DNA of 60,342 nucleotides, the filler included. It is 8 parts of 8 records of this genome, joined end to end, with 100 filler letters (N's around TTAATTAATTAA, not from the genome) between each part and the next. Parts side by side here need not be neighbours in the genome. Positions count along the whole stretch, not along the records: positions 17,069 to 23,911 come from SRR31156797_67651; positions 24,012 to 29,233 come from SRR31156797_67653; 6 more parts are not named here. One strand, given 5' to 3'. A model generated the notes under the pieces. The model had not been told where the DNA came from. It worked only from the letters and a program-made list of their open reading frames with translations, and did not search any database. A program made the position numbers and the translations under genes. This document shows, one piece after another, positions 20,015-29,333 of this stretch; within the stretch, counting starts at the first letter, position 1, and each line of letters begins with the position of its first letter.

Positions 20015-21046
20015 ATGGCAGCAAAAATCCTGAAGAAAAGCGACATAGGAGAGTTCATCAAATCTCTGTCCAACGATTACCAGGTTCTGGGCCCGGTGGA
20101 AAAAGACGGCCGGGTCGGCTTTTACCCCGCGGAAGGCGAGGAATTGGCTCTTGATTTCCAGAACTCTTACCTTTCCCCCAAGGACCTGTTTTTCCCACAG
20201 TCGGAAAAATTGTTCGAGTTTTCAACCGACCCGAACAACGGGGACGCCCATATAATGAAGGAAGTCGAACAGGACATCGGACCGAAGGTTGTCTTCGGAA
20301 TAAGGCCCTGCGACGCCAAGGCGTTTTTCGTATTGGACAAGATTTTCAAAAATGACGAATATACCGACCCCTATTGGCAGGCAAGAAGGGACGCAACCGT
20401 TCTGATCGGTCTGGGATGTAACGATCCCTGTCCGACCTGCTTCTGCACCAGCGTTAATTGCGGTCCTTTCCACGAGGAAGGACTGGACGCCCTGGCCGTG
20501 GATTTGGGCGAGGAAATACTAATCAAATCATTAACGGAAAAAGGCGAGGCAGCCCTTGCCAAGGCCGCGAAACTGAGCGAACCCACGGGCAAGGTCGATG
20601 AAAAGGCCGCGGCCCTGGCGGCCGCGGCAGTGGAAGCCGTCGACAGCCAGGTTGAAACAGCGAATATATTCAAGCGGAGCGTAATGGAGCTTTATGAGGC
20701 GGATCACTGGAACCGCGTCAATGAAGGCTGCCTTAATTGCGGGACCTGCACTTATGTCTGTCCGACCTGTCATTGTTTCGACATCCAGGACGAGGTTTAC
20801 GGAACGGATGGAGATCGCGTCCGCAATTGGGACTCATGCATGTCCTGGCTTTTCACCTACCATGGTTCCGGGCATAACCCAAGGCCCGGCAAGATGGAGC
20901 GTGTACGCCAGAGGTTTATGCACAAGTTCAAATACATCCCGATAAAACGTGATGGTGAGATCGGCTGCGTGGGCTGCGGTCGTTGCGTGACTCTGTGCCC
21001 GGTCAATATTGACGTTCGGGACGTTGTCCGGAATATGAACGCCTGA
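20015..21046 (+). CDS. flxB: FlxB-like (AsrA-type) 4Fe-4S subunit
   Basis: FGIRPCD, CLNCGTCTYVCPTCHC, WDSC, CVGCGRCVTLCP. Confidence 0.82.
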   Translation: MAAKILKKSDIGEFIKSLSNDYQVLGPVEKDGRVGFYPAEGEELALDFQNSYLSPKDLFFPQSEKLFEFSTDPNNGDAHIMKEVEQDIGPKVVFGIRPCDAKAFFVLDKIFKNDEYTDPYWQARRDATVLIGLGCNDPCPTCFCTSVNCGPFHEEGLDALAVDLGEEILIKSLTEKGEAALAKAAKLSEPTGKVDEKAAALAAAAVEAVDSQVETANIFKRSVMELYEADHWNRVNEGCLNCGTCTYVCPTCHCFDIQDEVYGTDGDRVRNWDSCMSWLFTYHGSGHNPRPGKMERVRQRFMHKFKYIPIKRDGEIGCVGCGRCVTLCPVNIDVRDVVRNMNA

Positions 21047-21063
21047 GAGAAGAGGGAATAGCC

Positions 21064-21903
21064 GTGCAGAATCCATACAAGCCCTATCCGGTCAGAATTG
21101 ACAAGATTACCGTTGAGACCGAAGACAAGAACCTGAGGTCCTTCCGCTTTGTATTCCTTAACCCCGAGGATGAAGAGGCTTTTGCTTATACCCCCGGGCA
21201 GTTCGCCGAATTGTCGGTAGCCGGAGTCGGTGAAATACCGATCGGCATCGCCTCCTCCCCCACGGAAAAAGGATTTGTTCTTTTTACCGTGAACAAGGTC
21301 GGAGCAGTGAGCAGCCACATGCATAACATGAAAGAAGGGGACATCATGGGCATCCGGGGGCCTCTCGGAAACTCATATCCCCTCAAGGAAATGGAAGGCA
21401 GAAATGTGGTTATTGCGGCCGGCGGTTTTGCCGTTACAACGCTGCGCTCGACCGTAACCTGGATGCTCGATCCGGCCAATCGCGACAAATACGGCAAGAT
21501 CACCTTTATATACGGCGCCCGTACTCCGGGCATGCTGTTGTATGAAGACCAGTGGTCCGAGTGGCAGAAACGCGACGACATCGACGCCTTCATAACCGTG
21601 GACCGGGAATTCCCCGGTTGGGACGGCAAGGTCGGCTTTGTTCCGGCCGTGGCCGAAGAAGTCTGCCCGCCTCCGGAAGCCACGGTGGCTCTCATCTGCG
21701 GACCTCCGGTTATGATCAAGTTCACCCAGCCGGTCTTTGAAAAAGCCGGGTACGCGCCTGAACAGATCGTCATGAGTCTTGAAAACCGCATGAAATGCGG
21801 AATCGGCATCTGCGGCCGATGTAATGTGGGCCCGGAATACGTCTGTAAGGACGGCCCGGTCTTCACCTTGGCCCAGCTTAACGATCTGCCGAAAGAATAT
21901 TAA
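21064..21903 (+). CDS. flxA: FlxA-like FAD/NAD-binding subunit (AsrB/PyrK family)
   Basis: PGQF, RGPLGN, CGPPVM, MKCGIGICGRC, CKDGPVF. Confidence 0.87.
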   Translation: MQNPYKPYPVRIDKITVETEDKNLRSFRFVFLNPEDEEAFAYTPGQFAELSVAGVGEIPIGIASSPTEKGFVLFTVNKVGAVSSHMHNMKEGDIMGIRGPLGNSYPLKEMEGRNVVIAAGGFAVTTLRSTVTWMLDPANRDKYGKITFIYGARTPGMLLYEDQWSEWQKRDDIDAFITVDREFPGWDGKVGFVPAVAEEVCPPPEATVALICGPPVMIKFTQPVFEKAGYAPEQIVMSLENRMKCGIGICGRCNVGPEYVCKDGPVFTLAQLNDLPKEY

Positions 21904-21935
21904 TAGCAAATCGTTTAAAACAATAAATGATAAAT

Positions 21936-21967
21936 CGAGTCCGTCCGGCATTAGCCGGCCGGACTCG
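21936..21967. terminator. Intrinsic terminator hairpin between convergent genes
   Basis: CGAGTCCGTCCGGC ATTA GCCGGCCGGACTCG followed by TTTGTTT. Confidence 0.7.
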
Positions 21968-22038
21968 TTTGTTTATGGCACGAATTATGGACCTGGGTTA
22001 GCGCAACGAAACCCAACATTTCTTTAATCTTTTACAAA

Positions 22039-22839
22039 TTATAAAAACAATTCCGGCTCTTTCCGCTCTTTATACAGTGAATTCAGCCGTATGGCGGCAT
22101 CTTTGACCGGACCTGGTTTCATTGTCCTGGCGCTTTGCGGACAGTTCTTGATGCAGGCGCAGCACGTGATGCATTTTTCCTTATCAATCAGGTTGCTATC
22201 TCCTGCATCGATGGCGCCGACAGGACACCCCTCCGCACAAATACCGCATTGCGTACACTCATTACTGACTGCTATAAAATCGACGCTCCATAGCTCCGTA
22301 ACTCCACCATAGGGATAGTCGCCGGGTATATTTAAATCAGCAATGTGATCGGCTGATGAAACAGATAGTAGTTTTTCCTTTATTTTACGCCCAAATAATT
22401 CTGCGTGATTCAGGTCGCTTGCATCAGGGCGGCCTTCGGCTGTCGGCGTTTCTGAACTGGAAAAGGAATGTTCTCCTATATATGCCGCACCGGCAATCGG
22501 TTTACATCCGCATTTTTTCAATACATCCTTAAGCTCAAGCAGTGCATTTTCATACGCACGATTACCATAAACGACTATACATACAGCAGGTGTATTACGA
22601 GCTTCAATCGAATGCAGCCATTCGCTTAAAAGTGCGGGAACCCTTCCCATATAAACCGGGACTGCGACAACAAGTAATTCATTTTCCGATGTTTGTAATG
22701 GCTGTTTTCTCGCATCTGGTTTGGTTATATCTATCAGTTCCACATTACTTTGATTAATTCCGCGCGCGACGCCTTGAATAACCGCTTTTGTTGTCCCCGT
22801 AGGTGAAAAACAAACCAGTTTCAGGGATTGTATTTCCAT
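22039..22839 (-). CDS. EFR1-family flavodoxin-ferredoxin fusion
   Basis: FSPTGTT, PVYMGR, VYGNR, two CxxCxxCxxxCP motifs. Confidence 0.88.
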   Translation of the reverse strand: MEIQSLKLVCFSPTGTTKAVIQGVARGINQSNVELIDITKPDARKQPLQTSENELLVVAVPVYMGRVPALLSEWLHSIEARNTPAVCIVVYGNRAYENALLELKDVLKKCGCKPIAGAAYIGEHSFSSSETPTAEGRPDASDLNHAELFGRKIKEKLLSVSSADHIADLNIPGDYPYGGVTELWSVDFIAVSNECTQCGICAEGCPVGAIDAGDSNLIDKEKCITCCACIKNCPQSARTMKPGPVKDAAIRLNSLYKERKEPELFL

Positions 22840-22896
22840 TGGACGTCCTCCTTTGAATCTGTAGACCTTCGACAGTAAAAATCTGTATTTAAATGC

Positions 22897-23223
22897 CTAC
22901 TTGAACTGTTTTGCCCAGTTGACCGACCAGTCTTGAAAAGGTTCCAGAATTCTGAAAAGATCCATACCCGTGGCGGTCAACCTATAGCCGTCAATGGTCC
23001 GCTCGATTAAACCCGCTTCGGATAAGTCCTTTATCCTTCTGCTCAGTATGGTCGGTGAAATTGTGGTGCACTTTTTTTGCAGCTCGCTAAAGCGCAGGCA
23101 GCCGTCTGAAAGCTGCCAGATAATTCCCATCGCCCAACGACGCCCTAAAAGGTCGAACAACGCCATAATCGGAGCGCCGGATTTTGATCCTCTTACAGGT
23201 TTTCCGGGTTTTGGTATCGGCAT
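22897..23223 (-). CDS. HxlR-family winged-helix regulator
   Basis: FDLLGRRWAMGII, RFSELQ, ISPTILSRRIKDL, YRLTATG. Confidence 0.9.
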   Translation of the reverse strand: MPIPKPGKPVRGSKSGAPIMALFDLLGRRWAMGIIWQLSDGCLRFSELQKKCTTISPTILSRRIKDLSEAGLIERTIDGYRLTATGMDLFRILEPFQDWSVNWAKQFK

Positions 23224-23294
23224 ATATCTCTCTCTTGATTTTGATTTTTATTCATTCAAGTTATTGTGCACTGCTTATCTGTAAAAAATAATAG

Positions 23295-23322
23295 TCCGTC
23301 ATCCCCAAACGGGGATGACGGA
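23295..23322 (-). terminator. Hairpin terminator after the tautomerase gene
   Basis: Perfect 12-bp stem TCCGTCATCCCC/GGGGATGACGGA; T-rich tail on the minus strand. Confidence 0.7.
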
Positions 23323-23330
23323 AAAGCGCT

Positions 23331-23522
23331 TTATAAACCTCTGATCTCTTTAATCGTTTTGCCGCCATGACCGATATTCTCGTACGGCAGTTCGTGTATC
23401 AGAACAGTAAAGTGCTCGGCGCTTATTTGGGTAATTTCCATGGCTTCTTTGGTGAGGTTTTGGACAAGTTTTTTCTTCATCTCTTCGCTTGTCTGTCCCA
23501 TCGTAATAGTAATTACCGGCAT
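23331..23522 (-). CDS. 4-oxalocrotonate tautomerase family protein
   Basis: N-terminal catalytic Pro (MPVITI); IHELPYENIGHGG; 63 aa; RBS AGGAGG. Confidence 0.92.
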   Translation of the reverse strand: MPVITITMGQTSEEMKKKLVQNLTKEAMEITQISAEHFTVLIHELPYENIGHGGKTIKEIRGL

Positions 23523-23547
23523 TTTTGCCTCCTGTATTTAAGTTTGT

Positions 23548-23621
23548 GATACATATTGTGTAGCGTGCTACGAAAATTGTATCAAGCTACATATTCTGTA
23601 TCAGGCTACACATTTTGTATC
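23548..23621. promoter_or_regulatory. Four tandem operator boxes GMTAC-N7-GTAKC at 19-bp period
   Basis: Boxes at 23548, 23567, 23586 and 23605 upstream of the tautomerase gene. Confidence 0.7.
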
Positions 23622-24056
23622 AAGTAAAAAAATCCTTTTTTTAGAATTTTTATTTGAAAATGGAGTCAGGTCCGCCCTTGACTCTATTTATTGCGTAAAA
23701 AGGATAGCCTGGACATGCCCGTCCAGGCGCGAAGTATAGGAGGGCTTCCGAAATGCTATATATTGCCTGATATGATTATTCCATATCATGATATGAAGAT
23801 ATAATTATCCACATTAGTGTCCGGGTGTTATTTTTCACAATATAAATAATCAATGTAATAACAAGTAATTAAATAGTGTTTAATCGTTATCGATATAAAT
23901 TTCAGTTAAGANNNNNNNNNNNNNNNNNNNNNNNNNNNNNNNNNNNNNNNNNNNNTTAATTAATTAANNNNNNNNNNNNNNNNNNNNNNNNNNNNNNNNN
24001 NNNNNNNNNNNAACAATACATATACTTTGCTTTAATAGAACTGGTAAGAAATAATG

Positions 24057-24761
24057 TTATGTAGAATCTGAATCGATTTGATTTAAATGAGTAAATATTA
24101 TTGTCAAAATGAAAAAAGGAATAATTGTAAAAGTATCAAGAATACCAAGCAATATACTTTTATAGATATTAGTAAAAATAAAGATTTTGATTATTGATGA
24201 AATAAAACTAGGTAAGAAAAACAAAAATATAAATGGATAACTTAAGACCCAATTATTTTTGAGGAAACCAATTGATAATTTAAGATTATTGAATCCACCA
24301 ACACTAATAGAGGCTGCAATAATCAATGAGTATTTGTACAATATATATATTGGTAAATATAATAGATAATATATAAGGCCCTGAAGACGATTTGATGCTA
24401 CTATATCTAAGTTTATAATTTTTGAAACAATAAAGGAAATGGGGATTAGTTGAATATAAATTAGTATAAAAGCAGTAACACTTGCTATGTATGAATTAAA
24501 TAATTTTTTATTAAAAGAAAAATCTAATCTATGTAAGGATAACCAAATAAAGCGTATATAGGCAACAGTAAAAAATGCAGATAAAATATTAAAAGTAATA
24601 GATAGTGATGATAATAATATATGATCAACTAATCTAGAATAAAATGAAACAAAGGATTTGCAAAACAAAAGGATGAACATGAGTAAAAACCAAAGAATGT
24701 ATTTCTTATTTGATTTGAATGTATTGAATGCAATGATAATGACTTCTTTGCTGTTTTTCAA
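24057..24761 (-). CDS. Hypothetical multi-pass membrane protein
   Basis: About 6 hydrophobic segments; TTG start after GAGG. Confidence 0.65.
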   Translation of the reverse strand: MKNSKEVIIIAFNTFKSNKKYILWFLLMFILLFCKSFVSFYSRLVDHILLSSLSITFNILSAFFTVAYIRFIWLSLHRLDFSFNKKLFNSYIASVTAFILIYIQLIPISFIVSKIINLDIVASNRLQGLIYYLLYLPIYILYKYSLIIAASISVGGFNNLKLSIGFLKNNWVLSYPFIFLFFLPSFISSIIKIFIFTNIYKSILLGILDTFTIIPFFILTIIFTHLNQIDSDST

Positions 24762-24794
24762 ACTAACCTCATATTAAATGTAAAGGATGCTTCA

Positions 24795-25391
24795 ATGAAA
24801 TACTATAAATTACTATTAATTACACTAATATTATCATCATGTAATGGTAAAATGCTAGATATAGAACATAACTATATACTATATCTTGAAGAATTTGGAA
24901 AAGATCCTGTTGAAATTAAGGATAATACATTTAAACCTCCAAATAAAAAGCGTATGTATGTGTATCCAAGAGGACTTAACTCATATGAAATACGGAAAAA
25001 AAGATATTCTACTTCTGATGGTGAATCCATTGAATTAAAAATTATAATTACATATCAAATAACAAATCCAATTGATTTTTATCGAAATGATATAAAAATA
25101 AAATCCTTAGGATTTAAAGTTAGTTGGAGTTTAGAAAAAGATATTGAGAAATATTTTAGTCTGAAAAAGTATGAAATACTAATAAATGAAATTAGAAGCA
25201 ACAAATCAAAGATAGATAATGAATTGACAAAGTATATTATAGAGAATTCGAATTTGACTTATTTAATTGATGAAAAAATTGAGGGATTAGATATTGTCAA
25301 TTTACAAATTGACTATGATGATGTAAAAAATGAATTAGATCAAAGACCATTATTAGAAAGGTTAAAAGAATCGATGATGGGAAAATCATAA
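24795..25391 (+). CDS. Putative lipoprotein with a weak SPFH-like segment; cassette ORF
   Basis: Lipobox LILSSC; TSDGESIELKIIITYQITNP; followed by attC. Confidence 0.6.
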   Translation: MKYYKLLLITLILSSCNGKMLDIEHNYILYLEEFGKDPVEIKDNTFKPPNKKRMYVYPRGLNSYEIRKKRYSTSDGESIELKIIITYQITNPIDFYRNDIKIKSLGFKVSWSLEKDIEKYFSLKKYEILINEIRSNKSKIDNELTKYIIENSNLTYLIDEKIEGLDIVNLQIDYDDVKNELDQRPLLERLKESMMGKS

Positions 25392-25398
25392 TATATCT

Positions 25399-25504
25399 AC
25401 ATAACAAAGATTTGGAGCAGACAAATTCTTTGTTATAGTTTTTGCGACGCAAAAACACATGCCAAGCCTTCGGCACGGCTTTGCAGCTCAAATCGATGTT
25501 ATAT
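25399..25504 (+). mobile_element. Integron attC site 1
   Basis: R'' ACATAAC...R' GTTATAT; arms ATAACAAAGATTTG / CAAATCGATGTTAT; internal hairpins; lies just after a stop codon. Confidence 0.82.
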
Positions 25505-25531
25505 GTACAAAGTTTATAAGAAGAAGGTTAA

Positions 25532-26191
25532 ATGGAACTATTTGACAGTGACTTTGATATCAAAGAGATTATCAGAATCGATAAAGATCCCCTTAAACGA
25601 GAATCTGATAGAGGCTGTGTATTAATTTGTGCGTCAAATTTAGAGAATAAATTAGAATACTTATTAACTCAATATTTCAAAGGCGCATCTCAATTAGGTA
25701 AAAAATCTACAAATGAAATCTTTGATTTTAATGGAGCATTAGGAACTTTTTCTTCAAAAATTCAAATTTCTAGAGCAATGGGTATTATTGATCAGGATTT
25801 ATATAATGATATTAATAAAATTCGAAAGATTAGAAATATAGCTGCACACAATGACCAGAATTTTTCATTATCAAATCAAAAAATAAAAGAAATTGTGGGA
25901 ACAATGGTCTTTGATCATTCCAAAACAGGGAAATTACCAACTTATCAATTAGTAAAAGCTGATCGGAATGATGTCCCAGAAGATGAAATCGAAAATGAAA
26001 CATTAATGAAAGGCTATGGAATTCTTAGAGTAGACAAGATTAATTTTATTTTTACATATAAAACGATCATATTTGAGTTAGAAAAACTTGATAATGTTGT
26101 AAATAATATGGGATCAGAAAACACTAAGATCAGGAAACAATATTTGAAAATGATAAATGATTTAATCTTAAATAAGTCAAATAAAGCATAA
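25532..26191 (+). CDS. MltR/YggD-like protein (HEPN-type Rx4H)
   Basis: ESDRGCVLICAS, GALGTFSSKIQIS, IRKIRNIAAH. Confidence 0.72.
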   Translation: MELFDSDFDIKEIIRIDKDPLKRESDRGCVLICASNLENKLEYLLTQYFKGASQLGKKSTNEIFDFNGALGTFSSKIQISRAMGIIDQDLYNDINKIRKIRNIAAHNDQNFSLSNQKIKEIVGTMVFDHSKTGKLPTYQLVKADRNDVPEDEIENETLMKGYGILRVDKINFIFTYKTIIFELEKLDNVVNNMGSENTKIRKQYLKMINDLILNKSNKA

Positions 26192-26202
26192 TTGGAGTTC
26201 TT

Positions 26203-26817
26203 ATGGTTCCTGTTGGTTCTTATCAAGTATTTGTTGAAAAGCTAAAGAAAAGAGAAAATATAGAAATTCCTATAACAATTGGAGTTCTAATCGCTGATTT
26301 TAGACAAACAAAGTGTAGGGAATATATTATTAACTATATGAACCGGTTCAATGATGTATCATGGAAATATATTGATTTTTATATACCTGGTTATATTAAA
26401 GATGAGTATGTATGTGATGAGCCTGACATGGTAGTTAATGAAAAAAACTATAGTTTTAATGATTTTTATTTTGATGAATTCCAATCTAAATTAGTTACTG
26501 ATTTCAATATAGATTATGCATATAACCCAAGATTGATTCTTATCGAGTATTTTAAAGGACATTTTAGAACATCTCGAAAGATCATTGTTGAACTTGATAA
26601 TAGTGATTCGGATATAAAAAGAACTGGAGAATTATTTGAAGAATTATTTACTATAGCAAAGTCAGAAATAGATATTTCGAGAATATCACAAAAACTTACA
26701 CAAAAGAATATTACATCAAATTTCCTTGATAAAGTAATTCAGTCACTAGGTAGTTCATTTTTAAACTCACTAAATAGTGAGCGTAAGATATATGAAAGGT
26801 ATCGATTAAAGAAATGA
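26203..26817 (+). CDS. Hypothetical protein, second ORF of a two-gene cassette
   Basis: GGAG RBS; its stop overlaps the start of attC2. Confidence 0.75.
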   Translation: MVPVGSYQVFVEKLKKRENIEIPITIGVLIADFRQTKCREYIINYMNRFNDVSWKYIDFYIPGYIKDEYVCDEPDMVVNEKNYSFNDFYFDEFQSKLVTDFNIDYAYNPRLILIEYFKGHFRTSRKIIVELDNSDSDIKRTGELFEELFTIAKSEIDISRISQKLTQKNITSNFLDKVIQSLGSSFLNSLNSERKIYERYRLKK

Positions 26818-26818
26818 C

Positions 26819-26916
26819 ATATAACAAAGATTTGCTACTGAATTGCCTATGTCACAGTTATTGCTATTCGCAATAACTCCGCCAAATACGGCAATCAGCA
26901 GAAATCGACGTTATAT
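26819..26916 (+). mobile_element. Integron attC site 2
   Basis: ATATAAC AAAGATTTG ... AAATCGAC GTTATAT; same family as attC1. Confidence 0.85.
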
Positions 26917-26961
26917 CGAATAAAAATTATTGATAAAAGTTATTAATGTTTAAACATTAAT

Positions 26962-27639
26962 ATGAAAGGAATAATAGTGAAAAAAACAATATTATTTGCA
27001 CTCTTTTTGACAATATCTACAGGACTATTTTCACTTGATTGTGAAATAAAAATATGGGAAGAAGCATACTATGATATTTCAGGAATATGGTACTACGAAG
27101 GATTTAAAGATATAAAACCGCTTTGGTTACGTAGCAATGATTTTTCTTGGGGATATATAGAAGATTATGATCCCGAGCAAGGTTCAATTATCGACATAGG
27201 TGCGGAAAATGTCACAATTGATCCCTATACTATAATATCAATAGAAAAAGAAAATGGGATATACAAATTAGGTGTAGCAGATGATTTAGGAAGTGTAATT
27301 GACACAAGAGGATTCATATATATAAGATTACAAGATAATAAATTATTATTTTTAGATAAAGTAGATTCATTAACAGGCAATGCCACTTTTGAAAAACGAT
27401 CAGGACCTACTAAGGACAAAATCAATCATACAGCAGTTAGTTCTATTTCAAGTAATTTATACATTATTCCTTCTAATTATTCTCCAATAATAGGTGGTGT
27501 AAAAAAAAATGAAACTCTCAAAGTAAATTGGATAACTACTAAATCAGAAGATGTAAAGAATTTAATAACATGGGTAAAAGTTAGACTTGAAAATGGAACA
27601 GAAGGTTGGATTGAGGAAGACAAGCTTCAATATAAGTAA
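26962..27639 (+). CDS. Secreted protein with a C-terminal bacterial SH3 domain
   Basis: Signal peptide; WVKVRLENGTEGWI. Confidence 0.72.
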   Translation: MKGIIVKKTILFALFLTISTGLFSLDCEIKIWEEAYYDISGIWYYEGFKDIKPLWLRSNDFSWGYIEDYDPEQGSIIDIGAENVTIDPYTIISIEKENGIYKLGVADDLGSVIDTRGFIYIRLQDNKLLFLDKVDSLTGNATFEKRSGPTKDKINHTAVSSISSNLYIIPSNYSPIIGGVKKNETLKVNWITTKSEDVKNLITWVKVRLENGTEGWIEEDKLQYK

Positions 27640-27667
27640 AATAGATACAACACGAATGTGAATAGTA

Positions 27668-28387
27668 ATGGGTGTTATTACTGGAGAAGGTATAGGAAAT
27701 ATGTTATCAATGAAATTATTAGAAGAAAGAATTAGATGTTTGGATGATGAGCGTTTAATACGTGAAATTGAAAATGGACCTAATTCATTTCAAAAAGGAG
27801 TTTTTCCCTTATACTTAAAAATTGCTTATGAGAAAGGCATAAAAATATGCTTTAATGAGGAATTAAATCTATATTATTATGAAAATGAAACTGATTATAG
27901 TAATATAAGTTATAATATTATAAATGAAATAATTTGGAAAGGTAGAATGAATCTAAGACTTATTATCCCATATATAATATTAGCAATGTTTTCATCAATG
28001 CTTATATTTTATGGTGTAATACAATTTATACCAGTACTTTTAATTTCATTATTTGCAATATGCAGTTCATTTCCAATGGATATAATATTAAATGAAGAAT
28101 CGATATCACAACGTAATATATTTAATCAAGAAATGCTTATTAAATGGACTAATATACTTAATGTTCATGAACAAGAAATAAATCATTGGAAAGGATCATT
28201 AAATATAATAATAAATATTTTCTTTTTTGGATGGGTATCTCTTCTTTTATATAGAAATAAATTTAATGTGATTACTATAACTTATAGTGAATACCAAGAA
28301 TTTAATATTAGCAGCTACTCAATTAAAAATTATGATAATCTAAGAGAATATATATTTTGGAATATAAATAATAAAAAAAATGATTAG
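27668..28387 (+). CDS. Hypothetical membrane protein (start uncertain)
   Basis: Long ORF with TM segments in AT-rich DNA. Confidence 0.6.
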   Translation: MGVITGEGIGNMLSMKLLEERIRCLDDERLIREIENGPNSFQKGVFPLYLKIAYEKGIKICFNEELNLYYYENETDYSNISYNIINEIIWKGRMNLRLIIPYIILAMFSSMLIFYGVIQFIPVLLISLFAICSSFPMDIILNEESISQRNIFNQEMLIKWTNILNVHEQEINHWKGSLNIIINIFFFGWVSLLLYRNKFNVITITYSEYQEFNISSYSIKNYDNLREYIFWNINNKKND

Positions 28388-29182
28388 TAAATTCGTTCTA
28401 ATATTACTTCTTACGCTTACATTGAATAATATATTTGGTGAAGAATACAAAGAAATTAATGCTCAAGTAATATCAGAAGGTACTGACTTAAAATCAAAGC
28501 CAGTAGAAACATCATTATACACAGGTAGAGTTTACAGTAGCTCAAAAATAAATGTTATAAAAAGAACTTCATGGAAAGATGAAATTAATGGAGAAATAGA
28601 TTACTGGTATTTTGTTAGAAAACGAAATACGAAAGGATGGATTTTGGAAAAGATATAGTTTTATTGGCTACAGAAGAGGATTTGGAGCTGCTGAAAATAG
28701 ATGAAGAATTCATAAGTAAAGTATTCAAACCATATAATCTTACACAATTCACAGAAAATCCATTTAATAATGATTTTAGAATCCCACCTTTAGAATTAAC
28801 TGGTTTTAATGAAATTAAACATAATTATGGAAATGAATTATCAATTGAAAGTAAAAATGTAGAAAATAGATATGATAATACTATCATTGATACATTTTAT
28901 CATCTAATCGATGATTATATCGAAATAACATATAAAAAATCTAAAACAGGAAAATTTGTTTTAATACGTTACAGTATAAAGGCCTTCAGTATCTTAAATA
29001 ATGACATTGCCGAACTAACAAATAAGCAGGGATTGACAAGATTGTTAGGGGAACCTCTATCTGAATCAATATACAAAGGTGATGACATATATTTTTATTA
29101 TGATGATTATGATAGAAGTATTAACTTTTACTATAAAGATAATGAATTAAAAGAAATAGTAATTTGGTACTATGAAGGATAG
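28380..29182 (+). pseudogene. Secreted SH3-domain protein split by a single-base frameshift (ORFs 28380-28658 and 28637-29182)
   Basis: Adding one T to the run at 28642-28645 restores the SH3 motif YWYFV..KGWIFGKDI. Confidence 0.65.
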
Positions 29183-29333
29183 TTTCAACATAACACATAT
29201 AATGCTATCCGTCTGATTTCAAAAACAGGCTACNNNNNNNNNNNNNNNNNNNNNNNNNNNNNNNNNNNNNNNNNNNNTTAATTAATTAANNNNNNNNNNN
29301 NNNNNNNNNNNNNNNNNNNNNNNNNNNNNNNNN

